The position numbers and the translations under genes were made by a program. DNA of 64,000 bases, from assembly GCF_006345805.1 (NCBI RefSeq), contig NC_042997.1, positions 211,482,001 to 211,546,000 of the forward strand. The letters run 5' to 3'. Positions 1 through 11,680 of this stretch are shown here, piece after piece (the first letter of the stretch is position 1; each line of letters begins with the position of its first letter). The notes under the pieces are model-generated. The model was not told where the DNA came from. It made no database searches and was given only the letters and a program-made list of their open reading frames with translations. The stretch is from Octopus sinensis. Taxonomy: Eukaryota.

Positions 1-602
1 ATACATCTGTGTATAGATGAATATATAAATACATTTAAATATCTATATACACTTTGGGCGATCTTTCTGCTACTTGGATATACTTTAGGTCTTATATTCG
101 TCCTAAAAAACTTTCCTGTCACACACTCGCACACCCGCACACACACAACACACGCACCCTCACACACACACACACACGCACACGTTAGCTTACAATTTTA
201 TTTATATATTTGCGTGTCTGTGTGTAAATAGGAAGTGGGAATGCAGAGTGAAAGAGTCACTCACTACAAAAAGTGAATTACTTTCACTTTAATCGTTGCA
301 CACTTGCAAAGAGAAAGGAGGAGAAATTAGGGTGATAGCGTCAGTGAAACAGTTAGCTCCGTTTGTGTGCGTGTGCGTGTGCTATAGCCCACACTAAGAA
401 AAGCATTTGACTTACACACCACAATGTGAGTTTTCTCTAAATTTTGCTTAATTGGGGTTGAAATTTTAAAAACTGGACCTGGCATGACCCGATGCATTCT
501 ACTCTTAAAAACGCTAGGTAAATTGTAATTGAAGAAATCCTATATTGTAGATTTCTATAAGAGACAAAGGGAGGCAGATAAAATCTGCCTTTTATAATAA
601 GA
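1..602 (-). mobile_element. Non-autonomous Helitron-like element, partial second copy (5' end at 602; 3' end not seen in window)
   Basis: About 360-602 is a close copy of about 2020-2262 (shared AACTGGACCTGGCATGACCCGATGCATTC... and the AGGCAGATAAAATCTGCCT hairpin). The minus strand starts TC-TTATTATAAAAGG at 602. Confidence 0.6.
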
Positions 603-2264
603 CTAGCAGTATCGCCCGGCGTTGCTCGGGTTTGTTTCGACCCGCTGGAATTGTAATTTTGAAAAGTAAAAATTTTGTGAACATTTTTCTGGTCGAAATA
701 CACCGAAAAGTGGCGACACAGCAGTGAAAAAATCGTAAAAAATAGGGATTTTCATAGAAAAAAGCATCTTTTTGATGTAAATAATTTTTGGTGTTAACAT
801 GGTCCGATTTGAATTTTATGTTCTACGGAAGGAAGAGCAACCCTTCTTCTACCATACTCTCAATTTTGGTCAACTTGCGCCGCAGGGTCTCGGAGGAGAT
901 AGTGTTAGTTGAAGGTTACCATTCTAGGTGCCTGAGTAACAACCTCGCGGATTTACAGATAAATTAATTAATTACTATTTTACAGAATAAAATTAAATAA
1001 TTCTTGAAAATTAATTAATATTAATATTTTTTGAACAAAGTAAATAATTTTTAAAACTTAAATAATAATTTTTTTTACACAAACGCGAACGGGGAAAAGG
1101 GGGTGGCGAATTCGATTTACATACCTAAATTTTTTCTTTTTCATGACATTGTAGCAAAATAGTAGTGAATTATATAAATACCAGCAGTACATTTTTTTCT
1201 GGGGTATTTTTTTTCAACCTCGTCACATATTTGCCCCTTTCAATTTAAACAAAGTCTTAATTAAGCAATTACGGCAGCTTAGCAATGGTTTCAATACAGG
1301 CGTGACATCTGTATCTCAATTGTTCAAAACCCTTCGAATTTTTTCGCACGTGATGATATCATAGTGAAAACTTTCAATTACGCGCGCTTAGAAGTACGCT
1401 CGCAAATTAATACTACCAAAATTTTGAAGTTCGCGCTCCGCTTGTGTGTGTGTGTGTGCGTGCTTTAGGTGTACGTAGGTATGTGTTTTTTTGTGTGTGT
1501 GTCACTGAAGCCATACATACATATATACATACATAACCTCTCTCTCTCTTTTCTCTCTCAGTCACTCACTACAAAAAGTGAATAAAAAAAGTTCAGTTAT
1601 TTCTGTCTTTCACTCTCTCTGTCTCTTTACACACACTAACAAAAGCACTTCACTTACACACCACACTTTCTGTGTCGCACAACCCATCAAACACACACTC
1701 ACACACACACACTCACGCACGCACACATGTACATCAATGCTTTCGGAGTGAAATGTTAAAATATTGAGTTTTCTCGAATTTTGTCTTAATTGGGGGTGAA
1801 ATTGAAAGAAATATATTATGGCATGACCGAATGGAGTACTTTGAAAAATCTTAGGTAAACTCTAATTGAAGAAATTGTGTGAGGAGTAAATCGTTATGTA
1901 TTTATTTGTTTCTGTTTGCTGTGTTTTTTTTATTTTTTGAGTAGTGGTTTAAATACTTTCAGTTTAGTCTTCCTCAAATCACTCTGTCGCTATTTACTTT
2001 CATTTTATTCGTTGCACACTGTGTGTGTGCGTATGCGTGTGGTGTAAACCACATTAAGTAAAGCATTTGACATACACACTAGAATGTGACTTTTCTGTAA
2101 ATTTTGCTTAATTGGAGTTTAAATTTTAAAAACTGGACCTGGCATGACCCGATGCATTCTACTCTTAAAAATGCTAGGTAAATTGTAATTGAAGAAATCC
2201 TATATTGTAGATTTCTATAAGTGACAAAGGGAGGCAGATAAAATCTGCCTTTTATAATAAGAGA
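603..2264 (-). mobile_element. Non-autonomous Helitron (rolling-circle) element
   Basis: On the minus strand the 5' end is A|TCTCTTATTATAAA at 2264 and the 3' end is CCCGAGCAACGCCGGG (hairpin, 630-615) followed by CGATACTGCTAG ending at 603. These are canonical TC...hairpin-CTAG termini. No RepHel ORF. Confidence 0.75.
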
Positions 2265-2284
2265 TATATTGAGGAATTATGTAT

Positions 2285-2753
2285 ATTATTTACATTTGAC
2301 GGATATTTGTCCCTCATTTTGTTTGTTGTTAACATGTTTCGGCTGATATACCCTCCAACCTTCTTCAGGTGTCTTGGGGAAATTTCGAACCTGTGTTCTC
2401 ATTCCTAAGGTATTTTTCGATGTTGTTATTGTAGTTATTGTTATTATTATTATGGTCACTGCCTGGAATCGAACCCGGAATCTTGGGGTTAATAGCCCGC
2501 GCTCTGAACCACTACACCACATGCCACGGGCGTAGTGGTTCAGAGCGCGGGCTACTAAGCCCAAGATTTCGAGTTCGATTTCAGGCAGTGACCTTATTAA
2601 TAATAATAACAACAACATAACAAAATACCTTAGGAATGAGAAGTCAGGTTTGAAATTTCCCCAAGACACCTGAAGAAGGTTGGAGGGTATATCAGCCGAA
2701 GCATGTTAACAAGAAACAAGATGAGGAACAAATATCCGTCAAATGTAAATAAT
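2285..2753. mobile_element. Palindromic (head-to-head) dimer of a tRNA-headed SINE-like element
   Basis: Arms 2285-~2515 and ~2532-2753 are reverse complements. The left arm on the minus strand has A box TGGTGTAGTGG and B box GGTTCGATTCC. Each arm continues into (AAT)n and a CCTGAAGAAGG...CAGCCGAA tail. Confidence 0.75.
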
Positions 2754-2754
2754 G

Positions 2755-2789
<35 letters not shown>

Positions 2790-2793
<4 letters not shown>

Positions 2794-2985
2794 TTGTCTC
2801 CCCACCACCATCGCTTCACAACCGTTGATGGTGTGTTTACATCCCCGTTACTTAGCGGTTCAGCAAAGGAAAACGATAGAATAAGTACTAGGCTTACAAA
2901 GAATAAGTCCTGGGATCGACTTCTTCGACTAAAGGCAGTGCTCCAGCATGAGCGCTGTTAAATGAATGAAATAAATAAAAGAATA
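2790..2985 (+). mobile_element. 3' part of a tRNA-derived SINE (same family as 15990-16395)
   Basis: Shares GTGTGTTTAC...GATAGAATAAGTACT...GAATAAGTCC...CGACTAAAGGC.GTGCTCCAGCATG with the full copy at 16200-16370. Confidence 0.65.
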
Positions 2986-2989
2986 TATA

Positions 2990-4265
2990 CGAGGGACGTT
3001 CAATAAGTAATGCCTCTGACCCACTTGCAGCTGTTTGATCTAGCTGAAATTTTGCATGTGCAATCATTTATATCTCTATAGAGGAAGTGGCAAATTACAG
3101 CACTGAATTAATTGTGGTTTCTGATTTACAGGTGTTTGAACCAAGTCAAGTGTGAAATGGAGCCTGTTGAGTGTCGAGCAGTGATCCGGTTTTTGTATTT
3201 GAAAGGACGCACACCACGGGAGACTTTTGATGAAATGAAAGTAACTTATGGTAATGATGCCCCATCATATGACCTTGTAAAACGCTGGCATCGTGAATTC
3301 AAACATGGTCGGAACTCTGTGGAAACAGCTCCCAGATCTGGTCGACCCCTTCTGCCATTGATGAGGCATCTGTCCGTCAAGTTGAGGCTGCCATTTTGGA
3401 AGATCGACGCATAACTATTCGCCAAATAGCCCATGAGGTCAAGATTAGTACCGGGTCTGTGGAAACTATCATTCATGACCATTTGCATATGCAAAAGGTG
3501 TCTGCCAGTTGGATTCCCAGGTTGCTCACGCCTTTCCAGAAGCAAGAACGCGTCGAGTGCTCGAGGGTGAATTTGAAGATGTGCCAAGAAGATGAGTCAA
3601 AATATTTCATAAGACTGATTACACAGGATGAAACCTGGGTCCATCACGATGATCCAGAGACCAAAGCCCAGTCAATGCAGTGGAAGCACCGCGACTCACC
3701 CCCTCCAAAGAAGGCAAGGGTGCAGCCCTCCGCTGGAAAGGTCATGCTCACAGTCTTCTGGGACCAGGACAAAGTAGTGATGACAGATTTCCTGGCAAAG
3801 GGTACCACAATTGCAGGAGCCTATTATGCTTCACTTTTGAGGAAATTAAGAGAAGTTATCAAAATCAAGAGGCGGGGCAAGATCAGCAAAGGCATCCTCC
3901 TCCTGCAGGACAACGCTCCGGTCCACATCTCGCTTGTCGCCAGATCAGAAGCACAGGCGTATGGCTATGAACTCCTCCCCATACTTTCCTGACCTTGCAC
4001 CCTCTGATTTTCACCTCTTCCCAATCATGAAGTTGTTTTTGAAAGGAAAGCGTTTCCCAGATGATGCAGCCTTGATTTCTGAAGTCACGTTGAGGTTGGA
4101 GGACCAAGCTGGGTTCTTCTACAAAACGGTCTCCAGAGCCACATCAAACGATGGGAGAAATGCGTAACTCTGGGTGGTTCCTATGTAGAAAAAGACTGTG
4201 CCAAGTTTCGTTGCTCTACTGCTATGGGAAGTGGGTCAGGGGCATTACTTATTGAACGCCCCTCG
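2990..4265 (+). mobile_element. Full-length mariner (Tc1/mariner superfamily) DNA transposon, 1276 bp
   Basis: TIRs CGAGGG(A)CGTTCAATAAGTAATGCC.CTGACCCACTT at both ends, with TA duplications at 2988-2989 and 4266-4267. Confidence 0.93.
3157..4167 (+). pseudogene. Frameshifted mariner transposase
   Basis: Three overlapping frames give the HTH N-terminus (MEPVECRAVIRFLYLKG), WIPRLL (WVPHEL-like), TQDETW, LQDNA and YFPDLAPSDFHLF (YSPDLAP-like). At least two frameshifts. Confidence 0.9.
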
Positions 4266-4384
4266 TACATGCATTTTTTGTATGTATGTATGTGTGTGTA
4301 CGTATGTACATGTATTTTTGTGTGTGTATATATAATGTATGTGTATATGTATTTACGTGATTTCATTTATGTGTCTGTATAAAC

Positions 4385-4573
4385 CAGTGCTTTTCAAACT
4401 TTTTGCTGGAGCGGAACCCCAAGGAAACATTCCACTGGCTCGAGGAACCCCTGTGCAATAATTTAATTGTCTCATGCACAGGTGAATTAAAAATTACTTC
4501 TGATTTTAGCAGTTTTGTAACTTCTTGCGGAACCCCTGGACTATACTGGCGGAACCCTGGTTGAAACCCACTG
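4385..4573. mobile_element. hAT-type MITE, 189 bp
   Basis: Termini CAGTG...CACTG with imperfect TIR extension (TTCAA/TTGAA). Perfect 8-bp TSD GTATAAAC at 4377-4384 and 4574-4581. Confidence 0.85.
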
Positions 4574-5454
4574 GTATAAACGTTCGTGCGTATGTAAGGG
4601 TATATTTCTATATTAATACCCGCACGATTTTCACTAAGAAAATAAAAAAACGATTTTTTGCTTGCGATCAGGTACCCCGACTTCCTAATATGCAGCAAAT
4701 CCCTTATTTTGGTTCGGAAAAAAGGGCGGCAAGAGGGTCCCCACACACCGACAATATCGTTTTGTAAATTCTTGATTGCTTTTAACCAGATTTTTTTACT
4801 GCGCAAACTGGTTAGTTCGGTGGTGTGAACTCGCTTTACTTTCGCCCATTTTATGATGTTCTGATAAACGACAGAAATAAATATGTTTAAGTCGTATGCA
4901 AGTTTTGTTATCAGTTTACAGAGAAAATAAATGACAAAACATATAACTCAGTGGCTATTTCGCCCCTCGTATCATTAACGACTGGTAAAGTAAGTTACCT
5001 CCCCATGTTTCTTAATATTCGCGAATATTTCCGTTTGTTTTATTTTTTAGTATAAAATATTTTAAAATATTAAAAAAATTTTTTTGCATACTTCATTCAT
5101 TTTGGATATATTTCCCATTTTCATATTAAAAAAAAAAAATTAGGCGTCATTTTGTTGGAGAGGTGCGTTTCAAAAAGAACGTCAGCTGTTTTGGCTGCGA
5201 TTAATTTTCTGTTACGGGTTTTCTTGCTTTCATTTTGACATTTTTGGTGAAGCATGAAGGATCTTGACTTGACACATTTATTAGTTCTTTTATTCACTAT
5301 TTTCTTCTTCCTTTTCTTCTTCATCTTCTTCACCTTCCTTTTCTTCTTCTTCTTTTCCTTCTTCTTCTATTGACTGAGCCCATTGTGAAGATAGTCCTGC
5401 CACCTTCCTTTGGCCGGCAAGGCCAAGCTGTTTTCTCTTTTGCTTGATAACCTT

Positions 5455-5880
5455 AACGAAAGAGGTTGTGTGGTGAGCCAGGTTGAAAGGATTGAGGACA
5501 AACACTTTCCTCTTTGACTAAGCCCTCCTCAACTTTTTGAAGCTTTACTTGATAAGGAAGTTCTGCACACCCCCTAACAATTTTATTGAAAGGTGTGTGA
5601 ATGTTGCAAGAATGGTCCAAGTGAATGGGTTTACTCTAAGCATATGCCTGTAGACAAAGTGGGGAGAGCCCTTACTCTGGTGGTCAGGACTGGCGTGGAT
5701 TTGTAGGGTTTCCACGAGTAGTTCTAGAAGATCTACCCCTTTTGCAGAATCTTGTTATAATCAATTGCTTCTCATTATTTATACTGCTTTCCTGTAACCC
5801 CTCATTTTATTTGTCCTGTATTGTCCACAATGTTTTTCTTAGTGTAAACTCTTTGTGGTCAATAAAAAAATTATTATTAT
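5455..5880 (+). mobile_element. Decayed L1/Tx1-like LINE 3' fragment
   Basis: Nucleotide similarity to 9290-9480 and 44170-44400 (GAGGTTGT.TGG...TTTATTGAAAGGTG.GTGAA.GTTGCAA). Confidence 0.55.
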
Positions 5881-5884
5881 TGAA

Positions 5885-6645
5885 TGAGAGAGCAGTGCAT
5901 GCCATCAAGGTGACACTGGGGTAAAATATAGAAAGCCCAGTATACCCATCATGACTACCCGTCTGATAAGGGTACACTAGGGACATGCATCGCAACCACA
6001 TGTGCGCGACATGGTGATCTCATATCAAAATAAACGTTGCATGACCTTGCAGGTGGAGGCTCAGTTAGAGTTTTAGTTAGTTAGTTAGTTAGTTAGTTAA
6101 TTTGGCTCAAAAGCAAATAGCAAGGCCATGTAGGGGGACATGGAGTTAAGTACAGGGTGGTGTTCATGTAAAGAGTTCAGGCCACTTGAGGTCAAGGGAG
6201 GCTTTGAACAAAGCGGTCGTTGGCATCTTCACCATCTCGTCTGGCAGCTTGTTCCACGGATCCGCAACCCGGACGGAGAAAGCTCCTCTCCTTCGATTGA
6301 GATCAAGTAGCCCATCCTGCTGAAAAGGTCCCTGATTAAGGGTTGTTTAAGGATGTTGAATGAAACACCTTTGTTTCCGAACGTGAGTTAGCCAAACCCC
6401 AAAGAATCCCTCTCAACACATGGCTATAATGCTCCCCCACTACTTCTGCCCGTGATCAGAGATGCACATTTCGTAAGCCACTAAGGGACATGCTCAACTG
6501 GTTAAGGTCCAACAACTGTCAAGCAAATCTGTGGTATTGAGCAGAATATTTGCTGTAGCCCATCTTTTATACCAAGACAAAACAATGTACATGATAACAC
6601 TTCCAATCAGTTAAGATCAGAAGCCATGAGAGCCACTGCCTGTGA
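5885..6645 (-). repeat. Unclassified ~480 bp non-autonomous retroposon bounded by (ATT)n, interrupted by a CR1 3' end
   Basis: 5885-6066 plus 6306-6645 match the uninterrupted copy at 39965-40437 (GAGAGAGCAGT.CATGCCATCAA...GTAGCCCATCTTTT). Confidence 0.7.
6067..6305 (-). mobile_element. CR1-type LINE 3' end nested in the previous repeat
   Basis: Near-identical to 14200-14415 and carries a (TAAC)n-like tail (TTAG repeats on +). Confidence 0.75.
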
Positions 6646-6674
6646 CTTATTATTATTATTATTATTATTATTAT

Positions 6675-6890
6675 GAAAGTGATAAGCTGGCAGAATCGTT
6701 AGCATGCTGGATGAAATTCACCCATTGTGACATTCTTAGTTCAAATTCCGGTGAGGTCAACTTTGCCTTTCATCCTTTTGGAGGTCGATAAATTAAGTCC
6801 CAGTGAAACACTGGGGGGTCATTGTAATCGACTACTTCCCCTCCCTAGAAATTTGAGGCATTGTGCCTTTAGTAGAAATGATTATTGTTG
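6675..6890 (+). mobile_element. tRNA-derived SINE
   Basis: Head GCTGGCAGAATCGTTAG, B-box-like AGTTCAAATTCC, and core GCCTTTCATCCTTT...GGTCGATAAATTAAGT shared with the copies at 23335-23680. Confidence 0.7.
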
Positions 6891-7427
6891 TTGTTGTTGT
6901 TATTCTTATTATTATAGGTAGTGGGTAGCGATTTTCTTCACTACTTCACGGAGTTACGATCCTGCCTGACACAAGTCTCGGGCTCAGCTGGCTCTGGCTG
7001 ACAGTACCCAGTATGGGCCCCTATCCAGGGTTACGGAAAGGAGACAACTTTCAAAGAAATCCGGAGTGGAGCCCCGTAGGTGGTTTAGTGTTCGACTCGA
7101 CACTCTTCCGGCAGCTCCTGCAACCAAGCCGGTGCCAAACGTAATGCTCTGCATTCCTTTGGACTACATCAGCAAGGTCGAGAGAGGAATCCTGACGATG
7201 CAGGATTTTCTTACATCTAGCCCAGGCCTGCGCAAAATTGGAGAGGAAACTGGAGAGGACATGAAATGTAAAAACCAGACTGGATTAGTTTATGCGCAAC
7301 TCCATTGTCTCCCGAGACAAAAGGGTGCCAACAATTATTATTATTATTATTATCACTGAGGTCAATGAAATTGACCCTTCGCCCTCACCAAAATGGCTGC
7401 CCTTACGGCAAAATTTGAAACCATTAA

Positions 7428-7479
<52 letters not shown>

Positions 7480-7482
<3 letters not shown>

Positions 7483-7670
7483 TAGTTTTATTTTTATCAC
7501 ATGCTTTCACTTCACTCCCCAGCACAGCTCTGTCTTATGCATTTGTCTGAATGTTCTTTCATCATACCTAATGCGCCTATTATGATAGGAATTGTTCCTG
7601 GTTTTAGATTCCACATTCAAGTTACCTCTTTTCTAGATCTTTGTCTTTTTGAAAGTTTCTCTGTTTCTAG
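7480..7670 (-). mobile_element. R4/Dong-type LINE 3' end (5'-truncated)
   Basis: Begins CAGTAGTTTTATTTTT...GCTTTCACTTCACT directly after (ATT)n, as at 35549, and includes endonuclease C-terminal remnants. Confidence 0.7.
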
Positions 7671-7799
7671 TAGAGATGAGATGTTACAGAATAACTGAAA
7701 ACGTGAGGAGGGGAAGAGGCAAGGGCAGTAGTGAAATAGCCTCATGTAATACAACACAGACATTTAAATTGATTGGGTTTTTCTAAGGATGTCAGCAGT

Positions 7800-8560
7800 A
7801 CTTGCCAACACAATCTTATGGATTTCTCTGAGACATGGTTCTTCTGGGATCTTATCTAGATGTTTCTGACATCCCATTTTTTTTTATTATACCTAGGGCA
7901 CCTACAATAACAGGAACAGTTCTCGTTTTAAGATTCCACATCCTTTCTATTTCAATTAACAGCTCCTTATATTTACTTAATTCGTCAAATTTCTTGACCG
8001 ATGCCAGACTCCCCTGGCACCTATGCCGGTGGCACGTAAAAAGCACCCTCTACACTCACGGAGTGGTTGGCGTTAGGAAGGGCATCCAGCTGTGGAAACA
8101 CTGCCAGATCAGACTGGGCCTGGTGCAGCCTTCTGGCTTTCCAGACCCCAGTTGAACCGTCCAACCCATGCTAGCATGGAAAACGGACGTTAAACGATGA
8201 TGATGATGATATATTTTTATCAGTGGGAACACTTGCATCTATTAGTCCTAAAGTATTTTCTTCTCTGTCTTTAATAATTATGTCCGGTTGATTTGCATGG
8301 ATCATTCTGTTTGTGAAATCCCAGAGGATAGTGATATTTTTATCCTTAATGACTAGTTTTGGATGATGTTCATACCAGTAAGCAGGCAAGTGCTGATTTT
8401 GTAGTGTTTACATATTATCCAATGTAAATACTACTCTAACCCTATCATGGCAGTTTTTGTATTTATTTTGTGTCAACTGAGGACATCCTGAAACGAGATG
8501 GTTGACTGTTTCAGGAAATGTGTTGCAGAATCTGCATTTAAGGTCAGTACTATTTTTTAA
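7800..8560 (-). mobile_element. Decayed RLE-type (R4-like) LINE C-terminal fragment interrupted by an RTE 3' UTR (about 8003-8208, + strand)
   Basis: Minus-frame peptides HANQPDIIIKD...IDASVP and KKFDELSKYKELLIEIERMWNLKTRTVPVIVGALG. The insert ends in AACGGACGTTAAAC(GAT)n. Confidence 0.75.
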
Positions 8561-9680
8561 AGAACCATTAGCCTGATAGTTCTCTCTTATTTAAATTCTT
8601 GTGGAAGAGGTATATTCCACTGTTCAGGCGGTTGGCCTGTTGTCACTATCCTCTCGGTGGCAGATTAGGTATGCCTTCCTAATACACAGACATACTCTTA
8701 GGTTACACCATCTGCAAGGATTCCTAGACACTGAGTGTGTGTGGGCTCCGTTTGTGAGGCTTGTCTCCATCACAGAGCAACAGCCCAGGGTGAAGAAAAG
8801 ACTGAGAGTGGGCACCTGGCACCCAGAATGTCAGACAATGGGATTGGTGGATGTTCTGCCTTGAAAATTTATTCAGGATTAGTGGTGGGGAAGTGCAACA
8901 ATGTTCTCAGGGAGACTCTGTGCACTGATGAGAATGAACTGACTAGTCTGTTACGGAGGACTTTCCGGTCGGGAACTATCATGGGTAATTTTCAGTTGTC
9001 CTTGGCCTGGCAGTGCTACTGGGGAGGGGGGCACTACCAGTTCAAGATAAACTCTGCAGGCTCAGATGTGCTGTCAGACGGGCTTGTCCGAGGTGCATGC
9101 AGAGTGACGAAACCATTTTGCATGCTCTTGTTTAGTGTCCAGGCATTGCTGACTTGTGGAGTTATGTTGAACAGCTGCTGTAACGTGTGGGACGGATCCA
9201 TCTGTCAGCCGAGTCTGTAGTGATGATTGCACTACCGTCCTCCTTCAATCAAGTAGGCAAGGCAGTTTTCCTTTGTCTGGTGGCTATGGCAAAAGAGGTT
9301 GTTTGGTGGACAAGGCTGAAAGGCCTGAGGACAGATCCATTCCTCTTTGGCAGAGCTCTCATTGACTTCCTCAAGTTTCACTTGAAAAGGAAAGTGAGAG
9401 TGAAGAGAGAAGGGCTGTCCTCGAGTGAGTTTATTGAAAGGTGGGTGAAAGTTGCAAAAATGGCAACAGTGGATGGTCTCTAAGTGTAGACCTGTGAGTC
9501 GGAGAGAAGGAACTGGAGAGGGGTTTCATGGAAATCTCGGACAGTGGGGTTCCTTGATTATCCCTAGAGGCCTTCCTGTATCATCCTCCCTGCCGCTTTT
9601 TTTTTAAACCCTTGTATGCTATGCAGATGTCCCTTCTTTTTCAGTGTATGTCATGTATACTTAATTTCTTTCCTTTTTTT
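8560..9680 (+). mobile_element. L1/Tx1-like LINE 3' fragment (C-terminal Zn knuckle and 3' UTR)
   Basis: Peptides CPRCMQSDETILHAL..C and VFLCLVAMAKEVVWWTRLKG...FIERW. Second copy at 43660-44700. Confidence 0.7.
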
Positions 9681-10169
9681 TATCATTCTGTAGCAATATT
9701 GTTTTCTTCATTGCTATCTTCACTGTTTGAGAGAAATATTAGGAATGATCTCGTTTGAGATTACAAACATCTTTGGCTAGTTTAACCTTGTTGTGTCCAC
9801 TATTTTGATTGGTTGGCATCTAAGCGCGGTCTTTCTCCCTACTTATTTCGTGCCACTGGCCAAAGCCAACCAATCACGGCCTTTGGTTAAGGTCCCATTT
9901 CCTAGGCTCTGTTGAGTCACCTTACTTCTATATAAGGGAGTGTTTTCAGTATACTTGCATCTTTGGTTCCAGTCCTTATAAGGGCTAACCTCTGACCACA
10001 GAGCTACTCAACATGTTCCAGTCACAGCGACAGACGATCAGCCACGACGACGCTAATGTACACCCGCAACAGAAAACCAATTTCTATCTCCGCCGCCGTC
10101 GTCACCATCATTGTACCAACTTCAAGTCGCCATCACCATCGTCCACTTCAGACATGTACACACCAACTT

Positions 10170-11680
10170 CACAGATTCAACTCATACTGTTAGTGTGAAA
10201 ATCTCACCACGGAAAAACAGTTGCAGTATATATATCTGAAAGAATATCTATATCAAGAGAAAAATAACCAAGCAAAACATGATATGAAGACGCTATAGTA
10301 AACCAAGCGACAGACATAACGTCATCGCCAACATCGTCTCTATCTACGAAGATTTAACTTGTACACAAGATAACTACAGATTCAACTCATGCTGTTAGGT
10401 GAAAATCTCACCACGGAAAAACAGTTGCAGTATATATATCTGAAAGAATACGGGACCCCCGAAAGTTGCTACGGAATCCCACCTGCCGTCGCCCGAACTC
10501 GAACCCGGGATCCCAACAAGTCAAGCGACGATGATTGACCAGGCCCGATCGATCGTCGAATGTTCGCCACGGAACTCAGAGAGGAGAGAGACAACAACAA
10601 CAACAGCAGGAAAAGACACAGAGGCAACCGAGAGAGACACAAAGAAATACAGCGGAAGGCAATTGGCTTACATTTAACCTACTAGTTTATATGACTATTA
10701 CAACATCAAGTACATTTAAAGATAGCACATGCAAGAAATAGGTATACAACAGATCAAAGCATTTAAACATGCAGATACAATATAACAACAGCATCCGGGT
10801 ACAATATCAGTTCAGATTGATGCAATATACAGTCCGGAGAAAACAGTTCTGTTTCAAATCACATTAACGTTACAGTTCAAATCACATTAAAGGCATATAC
10901 AGTTCAATGTTCATTAAAGACTACAACAGAGTCTCTCTCTTTCTTTAACAGTTCTGTAACACAATGTTCATTTCTTTTACATTTCAATACATCGATTCTT
11001 TTTCTTCACATATCAAAACATACAATTAACACATACCGTTACATCAGCCAATGCCTCACATTGTAGTCCATCTCTATTGGCCGCCTAATCCGCTGTATAT
11101 CTCTCTCTGTCACAGCAGAACAAACCATTACTAACTCGCTGTACAATCCCAACTGTTCACTCTCTCATGACTGTCTTCCTGTCATCTCTCAGTACACTGT
11201 CACCAGCAGAACAGCCACTGCTAAATCCAAACTACCAACTGCTTGCCCTGAATCCCAAATGCCGACTGCCACTCACAAACTGAACTGCTTATTTTTAAGG
11301 GGTGTTTACAACGAACTCTCCCTGACTGGCAAAAGGCCAAAGGTCCCCTAAAAGCTCATTACTCTTTCTAAAACAAAGGACTATAACTTTGTATTGTAGA
11401 CTTTCAGTCTCCAAGCCAGCAAAGTAGGTCAAGAAGTACCGTGAACTGAACTATTCACAACAATATCTATATCAAGAGAAAAATAACCAAGCAAAACATG
11501 ATATGAAGACGCTATAGTAAACCAAGCGACAGACATAACGTCATCGCCAACATCGTCTCTATCTACGAAGATTTAACTTGTACACAAGATAACTATAGAT
11601 TCAACTCATGCTGTTAGGTGAAAATCTCACCACGGAAAACCAGTTGCAGTATATATATCTGAAAGAATATCTATATCAAA
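10170..11680. repeat. 204-bp tandem unit (about 2.4 copies) split by a 1011-bp insertion (10451-11461) flanked by a duplicated AATA
   Basis: The unit start AATATCTATATCAA recurs at 10243, 11462 and 11666. The unit end GAAAGAATA precedes the insert at 10450. Confidence 0.75.

Noticed and set aside
2450-2600. tRNA genes
   Set aside because: A and B boxes are present but there is no convincing acceptor stem, and the heads continue into SINE body sequence. The same applies to heads at about 15995, 27925 and 57306.
4830-4850. IRF/ISRE-like motif GCTTTACTTTCGC upstream of the gene
   Set aside because: Imperfect match, expected by chance in AT-rich DNA, and the promoter position is unproven.
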